Source: a virus (Duplodnaviria > Caudoviricetes). Taken from it: a stretch of DNA of 39,011 nt. Position 1 is the first letter of the stretch. The number at the start of each line of letters is the position of its first letter. Below, in pieces: positions 15,826 to 24,823 of the stretch. The notes beneath the pieces were generated by a model that was given only the letters and a program-made list of their open reading frames with translations, had not been told where the DNA came from and did no database searches. Made by a program: the position numbers and the translations under genes. The stretch spans positions 1-39,011 of IMG/VR virus record IMGVR_UViG_3300020044_010657. One strand, 5' to 3'.

Positions 15826-16274
15826 GAAATAAGTATTTTTTCAATTTGAATATCTAATGCCTTACCAATAAACACTTCAAGAATATCTATTTCATCCTCT
15901 GTTGGTTTGAAAATATAAAATTCCCTCAAGTCTTCTTGCTTCATGGCCTTTTCATTGTAATCAAAATCATTATCAATCACAATGGCAACACTATTTGAAT
16001 CGGCAATTTTAGTTTTCATGCTTTTTCTAAGCCTACCACTAAACTTGAGGTCTACAAAGTTTGTTTGTAATCCTTTTTTAGAACGAACACTACCCCATCT
16101 TTCAGAATATCCAACGCCAATAGGATTATTATCTGAATTTAATCCTTCTAAGAATATGCGCTCTTTCATAATGCCTTCAAGACCCCTTGTAGGACTAAAA
16201 AGAATTTTATTCACTTCTTTGGAAAGCAAATTATCCAATTTTTTTATTTTGCCAATAGCTTGGTCAATGGTCAT
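15822..16274 (-). CDS. Putative neck / virion morphogenesis protein (HK97 gp10 / Mu gpG-like)
   Basis: VDLKFSGRLRKSM motif and size. Confidence 0.6.
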   Translation of the reverse strand: MTIDQAIGKIKKLDNLLSKEVNKILFSPTRGLEGIMKERIFLEGLNSDNNPIGVGYSERWGSVRSKKGLQTNFVDLKFSGRLRKSMKTKIADSNSVAIVIDNDFDYNEKAMKQEDLREFYIFKPTEDEIDILEVFIGKALDIQIEKILIS

Positions 16275-16711
16275 TTCTTCCTAATTGTTTTGATTAGATA
16301 GGCAATAGAACCTATTGCTAAAAATAGTGCAAAACAAAAGATTGCTATCCAGCGAATAGCATTTTTAGTCTCATCAACTTGCTCAATAGCCTTTTCCTTG
16401 ATAATCTCAAGAACTTTCTCAACTCGAACTGTATCAGGAGGACAAGTAGTCTCAACGTAAACTGAATCACCAGGAAGGAACATAAGCTCAGTTCTGATGT
16501 CAGTCTGATGGTCGTGTATGATTAAGGTGTCGAGCCTCTTATACTGCACAAGTGTATCAAAGCTCCTTGTTTCAGTTACAATTACCGTATCCTTGTAATA
16601 AGTCTTAATTTCCGTTTGCGCAGGATATCGTTCAGCACACTTTTCCGCAGTCATGCAGGAATTAAGGATTGCTATTATTGCTATTGTCTGTATGATTAGA
16701 TAAGCTCTCAT
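16271..16711 (-). CDS. Unimolecular spanin (u-spanin)
   Basis: N-terminal lipobox LNSC, beta-rich middle, C-terminal TM plus basic tail; directly downstream of holin. Confidence 0.75.
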   Translation of the reverse strand: MRAYLIIQTIAIIAILNSCMTAEKCAERYPAQTEIKTYYKDTVIVTETRSFDTLVQYKRLDTLIIHDHQTDIRTELMFLPGDSVYVETTCPPDTVRVEKVLEIIKEKAIEQVDETKNAIRWIAIFCFALFLAIGSIAYLIKTIRKK

Positions 16712-17153
16712 TTTTATATGTATCTACTTTTTTGTTAATCCAAGTCGCGAAATCTCTCTTAATATAACCCAAAAGCGAAAGATTCTTGATAAGAGAAAGC
16801 ATATTGACAAGGACAATTGGCACAAAGATACCTTCATTAAGCCATCCAAGAAACACGCTTCCCTTAGCAAGATTATTAGCAAACATCAACAAGCCTATAT
16901 GAGACAACAACTTCCAAAAGATGGATAGTGCCTTCCTTGTGTCAACCGAATCCCTTTTCCAAGCCACAACAAGGCTTGTAATGTGGTCAGCGGCAATGAG
17001 CGCAAGTAAAGCAAACAATGATGCCGCAGGTGAGAAAATCCAATCTTCTACAAAGCCTGTGAAAGCACCAATTGAGAATCCACCTACAACGGTTATCAAT
17101 AGAACATGTTTTTTGAAATTCAAGCATAAAACTTCTATTGCAATGGATTTCAT
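16662..17153 (-). CDS. Holin
   Basis: Several TM segments, ALIAADHITSL and SLIKNLSLLG motifs typical of holin families; start 17153 or TTG at 17195. Confidence 0.8.
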   Translation of the reverse strand: MKSIAIEVLCLNFKKHVLLITVVGGFSIGAFTGFVEDWIFSPAASLFALLALIAADHITSLVVAWKRDSVDTRKALSIFWKLLSHIGLLMFANNLAKGSVFLGWLNEGIFVPIVLVNMLSLIKNLSLLGYIKRDFATWINKKVDTYKNESLSNHTDNSNNSNP

Positions 17154-17203
17154 ATCGCCATGCAACGTATTGTTAATATACGACTTGAGTTTCAAAAATG
17201 TTC

Positions 17204-17305
17204 CTATTTCGGTCGTGATGTTGGTCGTGGTCGTGATGTTGCTGGACGAGTTGATGGTCGTGAAGGCTTTCCACAAGCACCACAGGCTTTAATATTGTTA
17301 TTCAT
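17204..17305 (-). CDS. 33-aa basic CxxC peptide (not in ORF track)
   Basis: MNNNIKACGACGKPSRPSTRPATSRPRPTSRPK; strong A-rich leader. Confidence 0.65.
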   Translation of the reverse strand: MNNNIKACGACGKPSRPSTRPATSRPRPTSRPK

Positions 17306-17335
17306 TTGCTTTTTTATTTTATTGTTTTACATTTG
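17305..17335 (+). promoter_or_regulatory. Bacteroidota consensus promoter, antisense to late operon
   Basis: TTTG at 17305-17308, 19-nt spacer, TACATTTG at 17328-17335. Confidence 0.7.
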
Positions 17336-17339
17336 CATT

Positions 17340-17414
17340 ACCGATACAATAAGCGAAAAACGGTGGAATTCTCATGACAGACATTGCCTCACTAATAAGT
17401 GGGGCTTTGTTTTT
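17340..17414 (+). ncRNA. Putative ~75-nt small RNA
   Basis: Intergenic stretch bracketed by a consensus promoter and an intrinsic terminator on the same strand. Confidence 0.6.
17386..17414 (+). terminator. Intrinsic terminator of the sRNA
   Basis: GCCTCACT-AATA-AGTGGGGC followed by TTTGTTTTT. Confidence 0.7.
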
Positions 17415-18354
17415 ATGGGTTTCCATAAACGTATCTTGATTGATTACAAATCACACAAATATCGTCAATTCGCTTGAATAGTTCAGGCAATTGGTTCACA
17501 ACGATTTTCATGTGGTTGTTATATTGCATGCTAAACTCCTCATAGAGAAAGTTTATTTTATCATTGTCAAGCAAAGTAACTGAGTTAAGTCGGTCAGTAG
17601 CTTTAGCTTCCTTTACTATTTCAAGTCCTGCCTTATAAAGAATTGGAAAGCGAAGATGCTGAGATATGATACATATCAGCTCATCAATCTTGCATTCAGC
17701 AGTCAATTGCGCTTTAATTCCATAAGAATTATTGCCAACTCCTGAACCACTCCATCCATTTACAAGCATGAACTGAGAAGACTTTGAAGAGCAACTGCAT
17801 CCAGATTTTACATCTGTATCTGCTGGATTAATAGCTGTATTATCCATCAGAATGTAAATTTCCCGATTAGAGGAAATGTAATTGGCAAAAACACTTGCCT
17901 CACCATTTGCGTCTGTTATAAAAGGAAACGATGTGGAGTTCAATCCATCAATAATCTCAAAAGAATGAGTGAAATTAGCTTGCTGGATTCTGATTTTCAC
18001 CTCTCCAACAAACACACGCATCATTCGAGTGTTTTTAACTGTTGCCTTTATCCCTCTGTCATTAGGTGATGGAGCAAGATAATTAGCATTGAAATCACCA
18101 ACTAAAAGCTCATCAATTGCACTATTTACTCTAAAATATGGTAGCAAGTAGCCACTAAGCTCTTGCATGACAAGTTCAGAAGCAAAATTAATCTTCTTTT
18201 CAAGCAATTGAAGTCCACTAATGTAGCCGCTATCAGCAATGTCTGCCGCCATGCGAATATTGATTCCTTCAAGGTCGTTTATCCACAAACCACTCTTTGG
18301 ATTTGCAGAAAGGCATTTTACGCCAATTAAATTATCAAGACAACTTGGTAGCAT
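17413..18354 (-). CDS. Virion structural protein (possible head-tail adaptor)
   Basis: 313 aa in the late operon, 8 Cys clustered at termini and in one loop; function inferred by elimination. Confidence 0.5.
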   Translation of the reverse strand: MLPSCLDNLIGVKCLSANPKSGLWINDLEGINIRMAADIADSGYISGLQLLEKKINFASELVMQELSGYLLPYFRVNSAIDELLVGDFNANYLAPSPNDRGIKATVKNTRMMRVFVGEVKIRIQQANFTHSFEIIDGLNSTSFPFITDANGEASVFANYISSNREIYILMDNTAINPADTDVKSGCSCSSKSSQFMLVNGWSGSGVGNNSYGIKAQLTAECKIDELICIISQHLRFPILYKAGLEIVKEAKATDRLNSVTLLDNDKINFLYEEFSMQYNNHMKIVVNQLPELFKRIDDICVICNQSRYVYGNP

Positions 18355-18844
18355 ATCCGAATGGGTCTTTAGTGTAAATGTTTTTTTCAGGTATTCCTAT
18401 CATTCTAAGATAGGTAGGAACAAAGAAAGATGGGCAAGCCTTATTGTCAAATTGATTGTGTCCTCCAATCAAAATATCAGGCTTATATGCAATAACCTCC
18501 CGAATAATTGACTCAAGTGTTTGACTCTGTTCGTTGGTCAACGTGTTTTTAGCTTTTTTTCCACTTGAATCAATACCTCCAACATAGCAAACATGCCTTG
18601 AAATATTGTTCATGCCCTTTACTCCATTGGTTATTTCATTTGGGTCTACGAACTTATCGCCATCATGTTTCACAAATTGATGCCTATCTCCATCAAGCAA
18701 AATAAGGTCTGAATAACCAACCTTACTCCATCCGCGACCAGCAGGAGGTGGTGATGTGTGCCATGCCTTTACATGCTCAGCACCTATATTCTGCTCTTCA
18801 CGAGTTGCTGTGCAATGAATTATGAGATATTTAAGCTCATTCAT
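18335..18844 (-). CDS. Endolysin, N-acetylmuramoyl-L-alanine amidase (T7 lysozyme-like)
   Basis: LIIHCTA, GWSKVGY, VCYVGG and GHNQF..KACPSF motifs; start MNELK at 18844. Confidence 0.92.
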   Translation of the reverse strand: MNELKYLIIHCTATREEQNIGAEHVKAWHTSPPPAGRGWSKVGYSDLILLDGDRHQFVKHDGDKFVDPNEITNGVKGMNNISRHVCYVGGIDSSGKKAKNTLTNEQSQTLESIIREVIAYKPDILIGGHNQFDNKACPSFFVPTYLRMIGIPEKNIYTKDPFGYATKLS

Positions 18845-19319
18845 TTGGGGTTTCTTCTTTAGGAGTTTCTTCAACTATTTCCTCTTTTTCCTTCTTCTTT
18901 TTGATGTAGAAAAAGAAAGTATCATGTCGGTCATTTTCAACTACCTCAATAGATACACTTGGCATTTCTTCAATAACCCAATCTAAAATAGACTGAAAGT
19001 TTTTGTTGTTTTTATGGCGAAAACCATTGGAACGAATCACAAACAAAGCTCCATCTCCTTTTTTGAGGTATTCTGCAAATTTTGGCTTAGCTATTTTTCG
19101 ATTATTTTTTGCGCTAATAGGAAATAGATTTGCAAAAGCTCTTGCCTTATTTACTTCATCAAGTGAACCGCCTTGCAATGTGATATGCTTGGCTTGTTCA
19201 TCAGTAGACTTTCCAGCAAGTATTTGTATAGTATATGGAGAAATGTTTCTCCAAAGCATCTTAATTGCAACTATAACATCGGTTTTTACACCTTCTAATT
19301 TTTCTTCAAATTCAATCAT
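18837..19319 (-). CDS. Hypothetical protein
   Basis: 160 aa, charged C-terminus. Confidence 0.75.
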   Translation of the reverse strand: MIEFEEKLEGVKTDVIVAIKMLWRNISPYTIQILAGKSTDEQAKHITLQGGSLDEVNKARAFANLFPISAKNNRKIAKPKFAEYLKKGDGALFVIRSNGFRHKNNKNFQSILDWVIEEMPSVSIEVVENDRHDTFFFYIKKKKEKEEIVEETPKEETPNE

Positions 19320-19330
19320 ATTGTTGTTTT

Positions 19331-20143
19331 TTATCGTTTACCAAATCTTCTTGCGTTAGTTCTTATTGCAGATTGCATTGATTGTGCTGTTTGACATCGG
19401 TTATTTACCGTTTTTGGAGAACAAGCCTCTACTCGTGTAGTTTGGTCAACCTTATTCTTTTGACCATTTGATGAACCTCCACCTGATGGTGCTTCAACAG
19501 CAGTTCCTGTTACAGGTAGAATTAACTCTTGACCCATAGGAACAATAAAAGTGAGACTACATTCTAAAGTACCTACTGTGGTTGGAATCCAAGTAAACGT
19601 AATCACTTCAGTAGCTCCAATACACATTTTTCGGGTTTCTTCAGGAGAAATAATTGTGTCAGAACAATCAGTAGTAAATAAATAGCTGTAACAACAAGTT
19701 GTTGGGTTATTTATTCCTATTTGAAATTGATTTACGCTATTTACATTTACAGTTCCAAAGTCAATTGAAGAAACATCAATACTTGTAGTCAAATCAATTG
19801 CTTCAAAATCAAAGTTGAAAAGTGTTATATCAACACCATCAGACAATATTTCAATCGTGAATGTATCAGTCAATCCAACATCACCTGCGCAATAATCTGT
19901 TGCAACTTGAAAAATTGTATTTGGCAAAACAAGAAAAGGAGGGACAACTTGTGAGCCACCATAAGTTAAAGTCAAGTTTTGAAGGGCAAAATTACCATTG
20001 AAAACCGCAACCAAATCTTCAATAAGAACAGGTGTAACTCCATCATTTGTAATTTGACAAACCGCACTACAACAAGACAAGCCATAAGTTTGGTTTGTTC
20101 CGCTTCCCTGTGGTATAAGGCAATTATCAATTGTTAAAGCCAT
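19331..20143 (-). CDS. Ig-like (ASH/PapD-type) Cys-rich virion decoration protein
   Basis: SSIDFGTV...I.N...ITFTWIP...LEC...VTGTA pattern; similar to the N-terminal modules of the 1280-aa protein. Confidence 0.65.
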   Translation of the reverse strand: MALTIDNCLIPQGSGTNQTYGLSCCSAVCQITNDGVTPVLIEDLVAVFNGNFALQNLTLTYGGSQVVPPFLVLPNTIFQVATDYCAGDVGLTDTFTIEILSDGVDITLFNFDFEAIDLTTSIDVSSIDFGTVNVNSVNQFQIGINNPTTCCYSYLFTTDCSDTIISPEETRKMCIGATEVITFTWIPTTVGTLECSLTFIVPMGQELILPVTGTAVEAPSGGGSSNGQKNKVDQTTRVEACSPKTVNNRCQTAQSMQSAIRTNARRFGKR

Positions 20144-20160
20144 CTCAATTTATTTTATAT

Positions 20161-20168
20161 CAAAGATA
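20161..20168 (-). promoter_or_regulatory. Putative -7 promoter element
   Basis: TATCTTTG directly after the terminator, 17 nt upstream of the ATG at 20143. Confidence 0.5.
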
Positions 20169-20171
20169 AAT

Positions 20172-20196
20172 AAAAAAGGGAGCTATTACACTCCCC
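20172..20196 (-). terminator. Intrinsic terminator after capsid/tube genes
   Basis: GGGAG-TGTAATAG-CTCCC followed by TTTTTT. Confidence 0.8.
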
Positions 20197-20224
20197 TTTT
20201 AACCATAACCAATAACAATAACTA

Positions 20225-20770
20225 TTAACCTACTCCATTAAGGTTAACATCGACACCGCAAAGCATGTCCAAGTCCAACCAGGAGATAGTTCCATCGAAG
20301 TAGATATTACCTGTTGAGTTATCTTCAATTACTTGGTCAACCTCAATTGAGAATTCAGGTACTAAACCATAGAAGAAACCATCACAAGTGTAATATCCCA
20401 TTTGATAAGATGAGGCATTGTTTACAATCTTGTTCCAAAAGAGAATATCCTTACAAGAAGCGGTATCGCTATTATAATCTTGGAAGGTAATTTGGTTCTC
20501 TTTACCAACGAGCTGTTCAGGAGCGCATGATGAAATACGCTTCTTAGTGAATGAACCCTTTGGCTTCTGAGCAAGAAGCAAACCTGTAAACACAACATTT
20601 TCGTCAGCAACAGCCGCAATCCATTCATCGCGGTCAGAGATGTCAATAAATGTGTAATTACATTTTACGAAAATCAATTTAGAAATACCACCCGAACGAA
20701 CATTAATTCCACATCCTTGGGTGATTGAATCGGGTAGTGATACCGCGCAATTAGTAGGACAAAGTGCCAT
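20225..20770 (-). CDS. Putative major tail (tube) protein
   Basis: 181 aa, beta-rich, GGISKLIF motif; co-transcribed with capsid before a terminator. Confidence 0.6.
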   Translation of the reverse strand: MALCPTNCAVSLPDSITQGCGINVRSGGISKLIFVKCNYTFIDISDRDEWIAAVADENVVFTGLLLAQKPKGSFTKKRISSCAPEQLVGKENQITFQDYNSDTASCKDILFWNKIVNNASSYQMGYYTCDGFFYGLVPEFSIEVDQVIEDNSTGNIYFDGTISWLDLDMLCGVDVNLNGVG

Positions 20771-20806
20771 TTTATTTAATTTATTTTAGAGTTTAACAAG
20801 GTTTTA

Positions 20807-21829
20807 TTAGTCGCAACCTACGATTGTTGAGCAGTCTTCAAAGTTGAACGTGTAGTTAACACCCTCATTGGTATCTCCTGTTGCAAATGCGTTTGTTGGC
20901 AAGAAGAACATAGCCCAATGCAACTGCAACTTGATAGTCCAACGGTCAGCACAATCGTCGTAGTGTACTTTCAAATCGTAAGTCAAGCCTGTGAATGGGT
21001 CAGTAATAGTACCGTGCTCAAACACATCATTACGCTTAGCGTAATCACCTGCATAACGATTCCAAGTAATCAACTGAACAGCACCAGGAGCAAGAACAGC
21101 AAAGTTGCCAGTTCCAAGTACAGACTCAGCGAAACGGTCGTGATAGTACATGTAGTCAGTCCAACGAGCGAGGTCAGTACCTGTGGTTGAGTTGCAACAA
21201 GCGATTTGATTCACTTTAGCAAACAAATCCAAGTTACCACCACCAATCATCATTGGAGCACCACTTGCACCTGTCATATCGTACTGGTGACGAATCTGAG
21301 CAGTAGCAATAGCACGAGAAGCATTGCTTGTGTCTTCAAACAACTTTACACTCTTCAGAGTAGTGCCATCGGCAAAGTTTCCAAAGTTTGTAGCTTGTAG
21401 AGCAAGCATCTGCTTGTCCAAAGCAACACTCAAAGCGTTCATCTGACCCATGATGGTCTGAGAAACCCAAAGTGAATCTGCTTCACACAATTTACGCATC
21501 TCATCTTCATTGAAAAGAAGAGCTGATTCAATACAATTGTCTACATCAACAATAGTTTCCTTTGGAGAAACCTCGTTAGTAGCAGTACAGTTGTTAGAAC
21601 AAGTGAGAGAAACAGTATCCTCGATTCCACGCTGAGCGTAGTTTACTTGAACCATACGCTTCTTTCCATTTGTAGGAATTGGCAAAAGTTCAACTCCAGC
21701 TGTGTTCTCTTGAGATACAACAGCATCCAAATAACCAACGCGGTCACGCTTTAGCTGTGGCGCGTTGCTACCTGCAACATCATTCAAATTGACTTGCAGG
21801 TTTTGACATAAACCTTCTGTAAAAGCCAT
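20807..21829 (-). CDS. Major capsid protein
   Basis: 340 aa, downstream of portal and scaffold, strong A-rich leader. Confidence 0.8.
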   Translation of the reverse strand: MAFTEGLCQNLQVNLNDVAGSNAPQLKRDRVGYLDAVVSQENTAGVELLPIPTNGKKRMVQVNYAQRGIEDTVSLTCSNNCTATNEVSPKETIVDVDNCIESALLFNEDEMRKLCEADSLWVSQTIMGQMNALSVALDKQMLALQATNFGNFADGTTLKSVKLFEDTSNASRAIATAQIRHQYDMTGASGAPMMIGGGNLDLFAKVNQIACCNSTTGTDLARWTDYMYYHDRFAESVLGTGNFAVLAPGAVQLITWNRYAGDYAKRNDVFEHGTITDPFTGLTYDLKVHYDDCADRWTIKLQLHWAMFFLPTNAFATGDTNEGVNYTFNFEDCSTIVGCD

Positions 21830-21872
21830 TTTTTTGTTTTTTAAAAATTAGAATTTGTTTTTTTGGGGTAAT

Positions 21873-21915
21873 AAAAAAAGCCCATCCAAGAGAATATAAT
21901 TCAATTGAATGGGCT
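21873..21915 (-). terminator. Terminator-like hairpin in capsid leader (possible attenuator)
   Basis: AGCCCATTCAA...TTGGATGGGCT followed by TTTTTT. Confidence 0.65.
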
Positions 21916-21981
21916 GAATCTTAGCCCCGAATTGTACTATGGTGTACGAACCCAGGTGAGTGAATGCGCCTCCGCGCCATT

Positions 21982-22791
21982 TTATTCTTTACCAAATACT
22001 TTCATTGACTGAAGACGCTCTGCATTTGCTTGCGCCTTCTGTAAGTGAGGCAGGTTGAATTTTGGTGCTTCAGGACTTGCTGGTCTTGGTGCTTGACCTT
22101 GTGGAGCAGCAGTTCCTGCATTTGATTGTTTTACAACTTGTAACTCAGACAAGTGTGAATCAATCAGTTCATCAAAGGTAATAGATTTTGTGCCATCTTG
22201 GTTCAAAGGTTTTAAACCATTTTTAGTTTTTACCTCAATTTCACCACTATCAAGCACATCATAATCATATTTTGAAGATAAATAGCTCTCAATAGCTGGC
22301 AAAATAGCCTCAGGCTTCACAATCAAATCGCGTTTTGCAAGTGTGGAACGCAAAACATTTGACTTTTTAAATTGCTTGATTGCTGATAGAGACTCATTCT
22401 CCTTTGCTGGAATAACCTCTTCCAAAAGACGCTTATTTTCTTTGGTAAGTTCAATCAGCTTGTTTTGCAACTCTTCAGCACCTTGTGATGGTGTATTTCG
22501 CATCTTATCAAAAGCAAGATTGATTATTTCGTCAAACCTTTTGTCTTTTACCTCTTCATTAGAGAGCGAAAAAGTCTTTTTAATCTTATGCTCCATCTTT
22601 GAAAGCTCAGTACCACGAACCTCGTCCTTGATAGGCTGAATAAAAGAAGGGTCATTAGAAAAAACATCTTGCATTGATGATTTGTAACTATTCACAAACG
22701 GTTCAATGTCCACCTCTTCTTCTGCTGAAAGTTTAGCAATTGTAGACGATGGTACTCCGATTTTCTTTAGAAATGATTCAATGTTCTTCAT
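21982..22791 (-). CDS. Capsid scaffolding protein
   Basis: Coiled-coil, Pro/Ala-rich tail, immediately upstream of MCP. Confidence 0.7.
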   Translation of the reverse strand: MKNIESFLKKIGVPSSTIAKLSAEEEVDIEPFVNSYKSSMQDVFSNDPSFIQPIKDEVRGTELSKMEHKIKKTFSLSNEEVKDKRFDEIINLAFDKMRNTPSQGAEELQNKLIELTKENKRLLEEVIPAKENESLSAIKQFKKSNVLRSTLAKRDLIVKPEAILPAIESYLSSKYDYDVLDSGEIEVKTKNGLKPLNQDGTKSITFDELIDSHLSELQVVKQSNAGTAAPQGQAPRPASPEAPKFNLPHLQKAQANAERLQSMKVFGKE

Positions 22792-22799
22792 GTTGTTGT

Positions 22800-23045
22800 T
22801 TATTTACGTTTACGATATGTGCGCTTGGTTTCACCTTCTTCTGTTGATGTTTCTTCTTCGCCATCTACATAGGTTTCCTCAACTACTTCCTCATTAACCA
22901 CAGGCTTAGGTTGGGTTGGGATAGGCTTCTCAGTTAGAATCTCAAAATTCTTAAACAGACCGCCTTTCTTGAGCTGGTCAACAGCAAACTTGGTCATTAC
23001 AGCGACCTTTCCTGTCTTGACATTTAAAACTTTAATCTTGTTCAT
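22800..23045 (-). CDS. Hypothetical protein with acidic linker and basic tail
   Basis: 81 aa ending EEGETKRTYRKRK. Confidence 0.75.
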   Translation of the reverse strand: MNKIKVLNVKTGKVAVMTKFAVDQLKKGGLFKNFEILTEKPIPTQPKPVVNEEVVEETYVDGEEETSTEEGETKRTYRKRK

Positions 23046-23059
23046 TGTTTAATTTTTTA

Positions 23060-23067
23060 CAAATATA
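23060..23067 (-). promoter_or_regulatory. Putative -7 promoter element
   Basis: TATATTTG 14 nt upstream of the ATG at 23045. Confidence 0.5.
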
Positions 23068-23068
23068 A

Positions 23069-24823
23069 TTAATTGTTGTTTGATGGCGACTCATCTTCAG
23101 AGCTATTTGAATCCATGCTTGAATCACCATTTGAACTCATATCGTTAGGTGAATCTTCCATCATTTCCTCAGCAAGCATTGGAGCTAAGAAAGCATCAAT
23201 CATTGCAAAAATATCACTAATCGGCTCTTCAAGTACAGCAGTTCCATTTTGGGCAACTATTGTTGTCAAAGCCTTGTAGGCGTGAAGTGATTTAAGCACA
23301 TCTTCTTTCTCAATAATACCACTCTGCATCATGGAAATCTTATCCTTTGCGCTGATGGTATAAATAGGGTCATAGCTTACAAGAACCTCTACCAAACGAG
23401 ATACAGCTTTATTTCCGCTGAAACGCTTCCTTGCCAAGTCTTTTGTAGTCTCAATAAGGAAAGAAACAGGAGCATTACGGTCAGTAAGATTGATAATCTC
23501 TTGCATCAAATCCCATTCAGTCTTCATTGAGAAGGAAATAGGCTTGATGATATTTGGTGCTTGAGGATTTGTTACATTGCGATAAGCCTCAACATAAACA
23601 AGCGACTTATAGATTATTTCATCAAAGATGTTGTTGCTAATCTTGGTCAGCTGAGCAAATGAGTCTTCTCTGTCAATAATCTTAGCAACTCCGCTCTGAG
23701 CTTCATCAATCAAATTAAGATGCAAAGCATCCTCAGCCTTTTTGAGCAAAATTTGCCAAGCGTCACCTGAATACTGAATAATGTCAACTGGAGGGCTGAT
23801 AAATCTGATTAGAGGTTCGCTTGATGATTCACCTGAGAATGCAGCATTGCCTTTTTCTCTGATAAACACACCAAATGGCGAACGAGAAACTATTCTACCT
23901 GTTCCATTACATCTGCGACAAGTATCATGCTCATCATTATCTGAATCGTAAATAATACCATCACGGCATCCTTTAGCATCACATGTTTCACCCACTTCTT
24001 CTCTATATGGGAATGCAGATGTAGTCATTACACCCTGCCAATCAGAATACTGTCGTATAGCTTCATTAGCAAAAGGTACAAATGCGCTGAAATAACTCTC
24101 AAAGTATTTTTCAGGTGTCAAGTCACCACCAAGAACACAACCAGGCACTTTGCCAATGTTGTGAACATAAATAGGGATAATCTCAAACTGCAACTTTCTA
24201 TCATCACCATATTGAACGTGCTTATAGAAAGTATCTGTGGTCATAGTGTAATACACCAATCCCTCATCGACCATCTTATTTGACTTCTTAATTCTACTCT
24301 TCTCTTTGTAGTCAATCCAAGTAATAGAATAGCGGTCAATGTACTTTATTTGGTCTGTTCCAATAATCAAAGGCTCAACATCCACTTTTACAGATGGATT
24401 TGTCAATCCCTCACCAGTTGGAATCCATAGAATCCATCCGTTTGGGTCTTCAATCATTCGCGGAACGACAAACTTTTGGATATATGAATAGAAAAAGTTC
24501 TCATTGAACTTAACCGTACTCAAATAAGCATTCAGTTCATCGCTAACCTGAATTGAGAAATTTGCGTTTTGAAATATCCGATAAAGTTTATCTATCGCTT
24601 TCTGAATTGAGCCTTTGGTAATTGGCTCGTATATCATTTCGCGGTATTTCTTTATTTCGGGGTCTTCATTTGGTCTACGCTCAGTCAGAATACGCCCTGG
24701 TTTTTTACCACGGGTATGAACAAACATTGTTTCACGAACTTCAGACCAGTCCTCATAATAATCAGGACGATACTTTTTATCGGTCAAGATTACATTTATA
24801 TCTTCAATTGTTATCATTCGCAA
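23069..24823 (-). CDS. Portal protein with Zn-finger-like insertion
   Basis: 584 aa, AQSGVAKIIDRE motif typical of portals, acidic tail, upstream of scaffold/MCP. Confidence 0.8.
   Translation of the reverse strand: MRMITIEDINVILTDKKYRPDYYEDWSEVRETMFVHTRGKKPGRILTERRPNEDPEIKKYREMIYEPITKGSIQKAIDKLYRIFQNANFSIQVSDELNAYLSTVKFNENFFYSYIQKFVVPRMIEDPNGWILWIPTGEGLTNPSVKVDVEPLIIGTDQIKYIDRYSITWIDYKEKSRIKKSNKMVDEGLVYYTMTTDTFYKHVQYGDDRKLQFEIIPIYVHNIGKVPGCVLGGDLTPEKYFESYFSAFVPFANEAIRQYSDWQGVMTTSAFPYREEVGETCDAKGCRDGIIYDSDNDEHDTCRRCNGTGRIVSRSPFGVFIREKGNAAFSGESSSEPLIRFISPPVDIIQYSGDAWQILLKKAEDALHLNLIDEAQSGVAKIIDREDSFAQLTKISNNIFDEIIYKSLVYVEAYRNVTNPQAPNIIKPISFSMKTEWDLMQEIINLTDRNAPVSFLIETTKDLARKRFSGNKAVSRLVEVLVSYDPIYTISAKDKISMMQSGIIEKEDVLKSLHAYKALTTIVAQNGTAVLEEPISDIFAMIDAFLAPMLAEEMMEDSPNDMSSNGDSSMDSNSSEDESPSNNN

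Noticed and set aside
17154-17276. Thr/Asn-rich N-terminal extension of the holin
   Set aside because: Better explained as an off-frame reading of the 33-aa peptide gene.
17319-17426. 35-aa - strand ORF (METHKNKAPL...)
   Set aside because: Weak start context inside the upstream gene; the region is better explained by the + strand promoter-sRNA-terminator unit.
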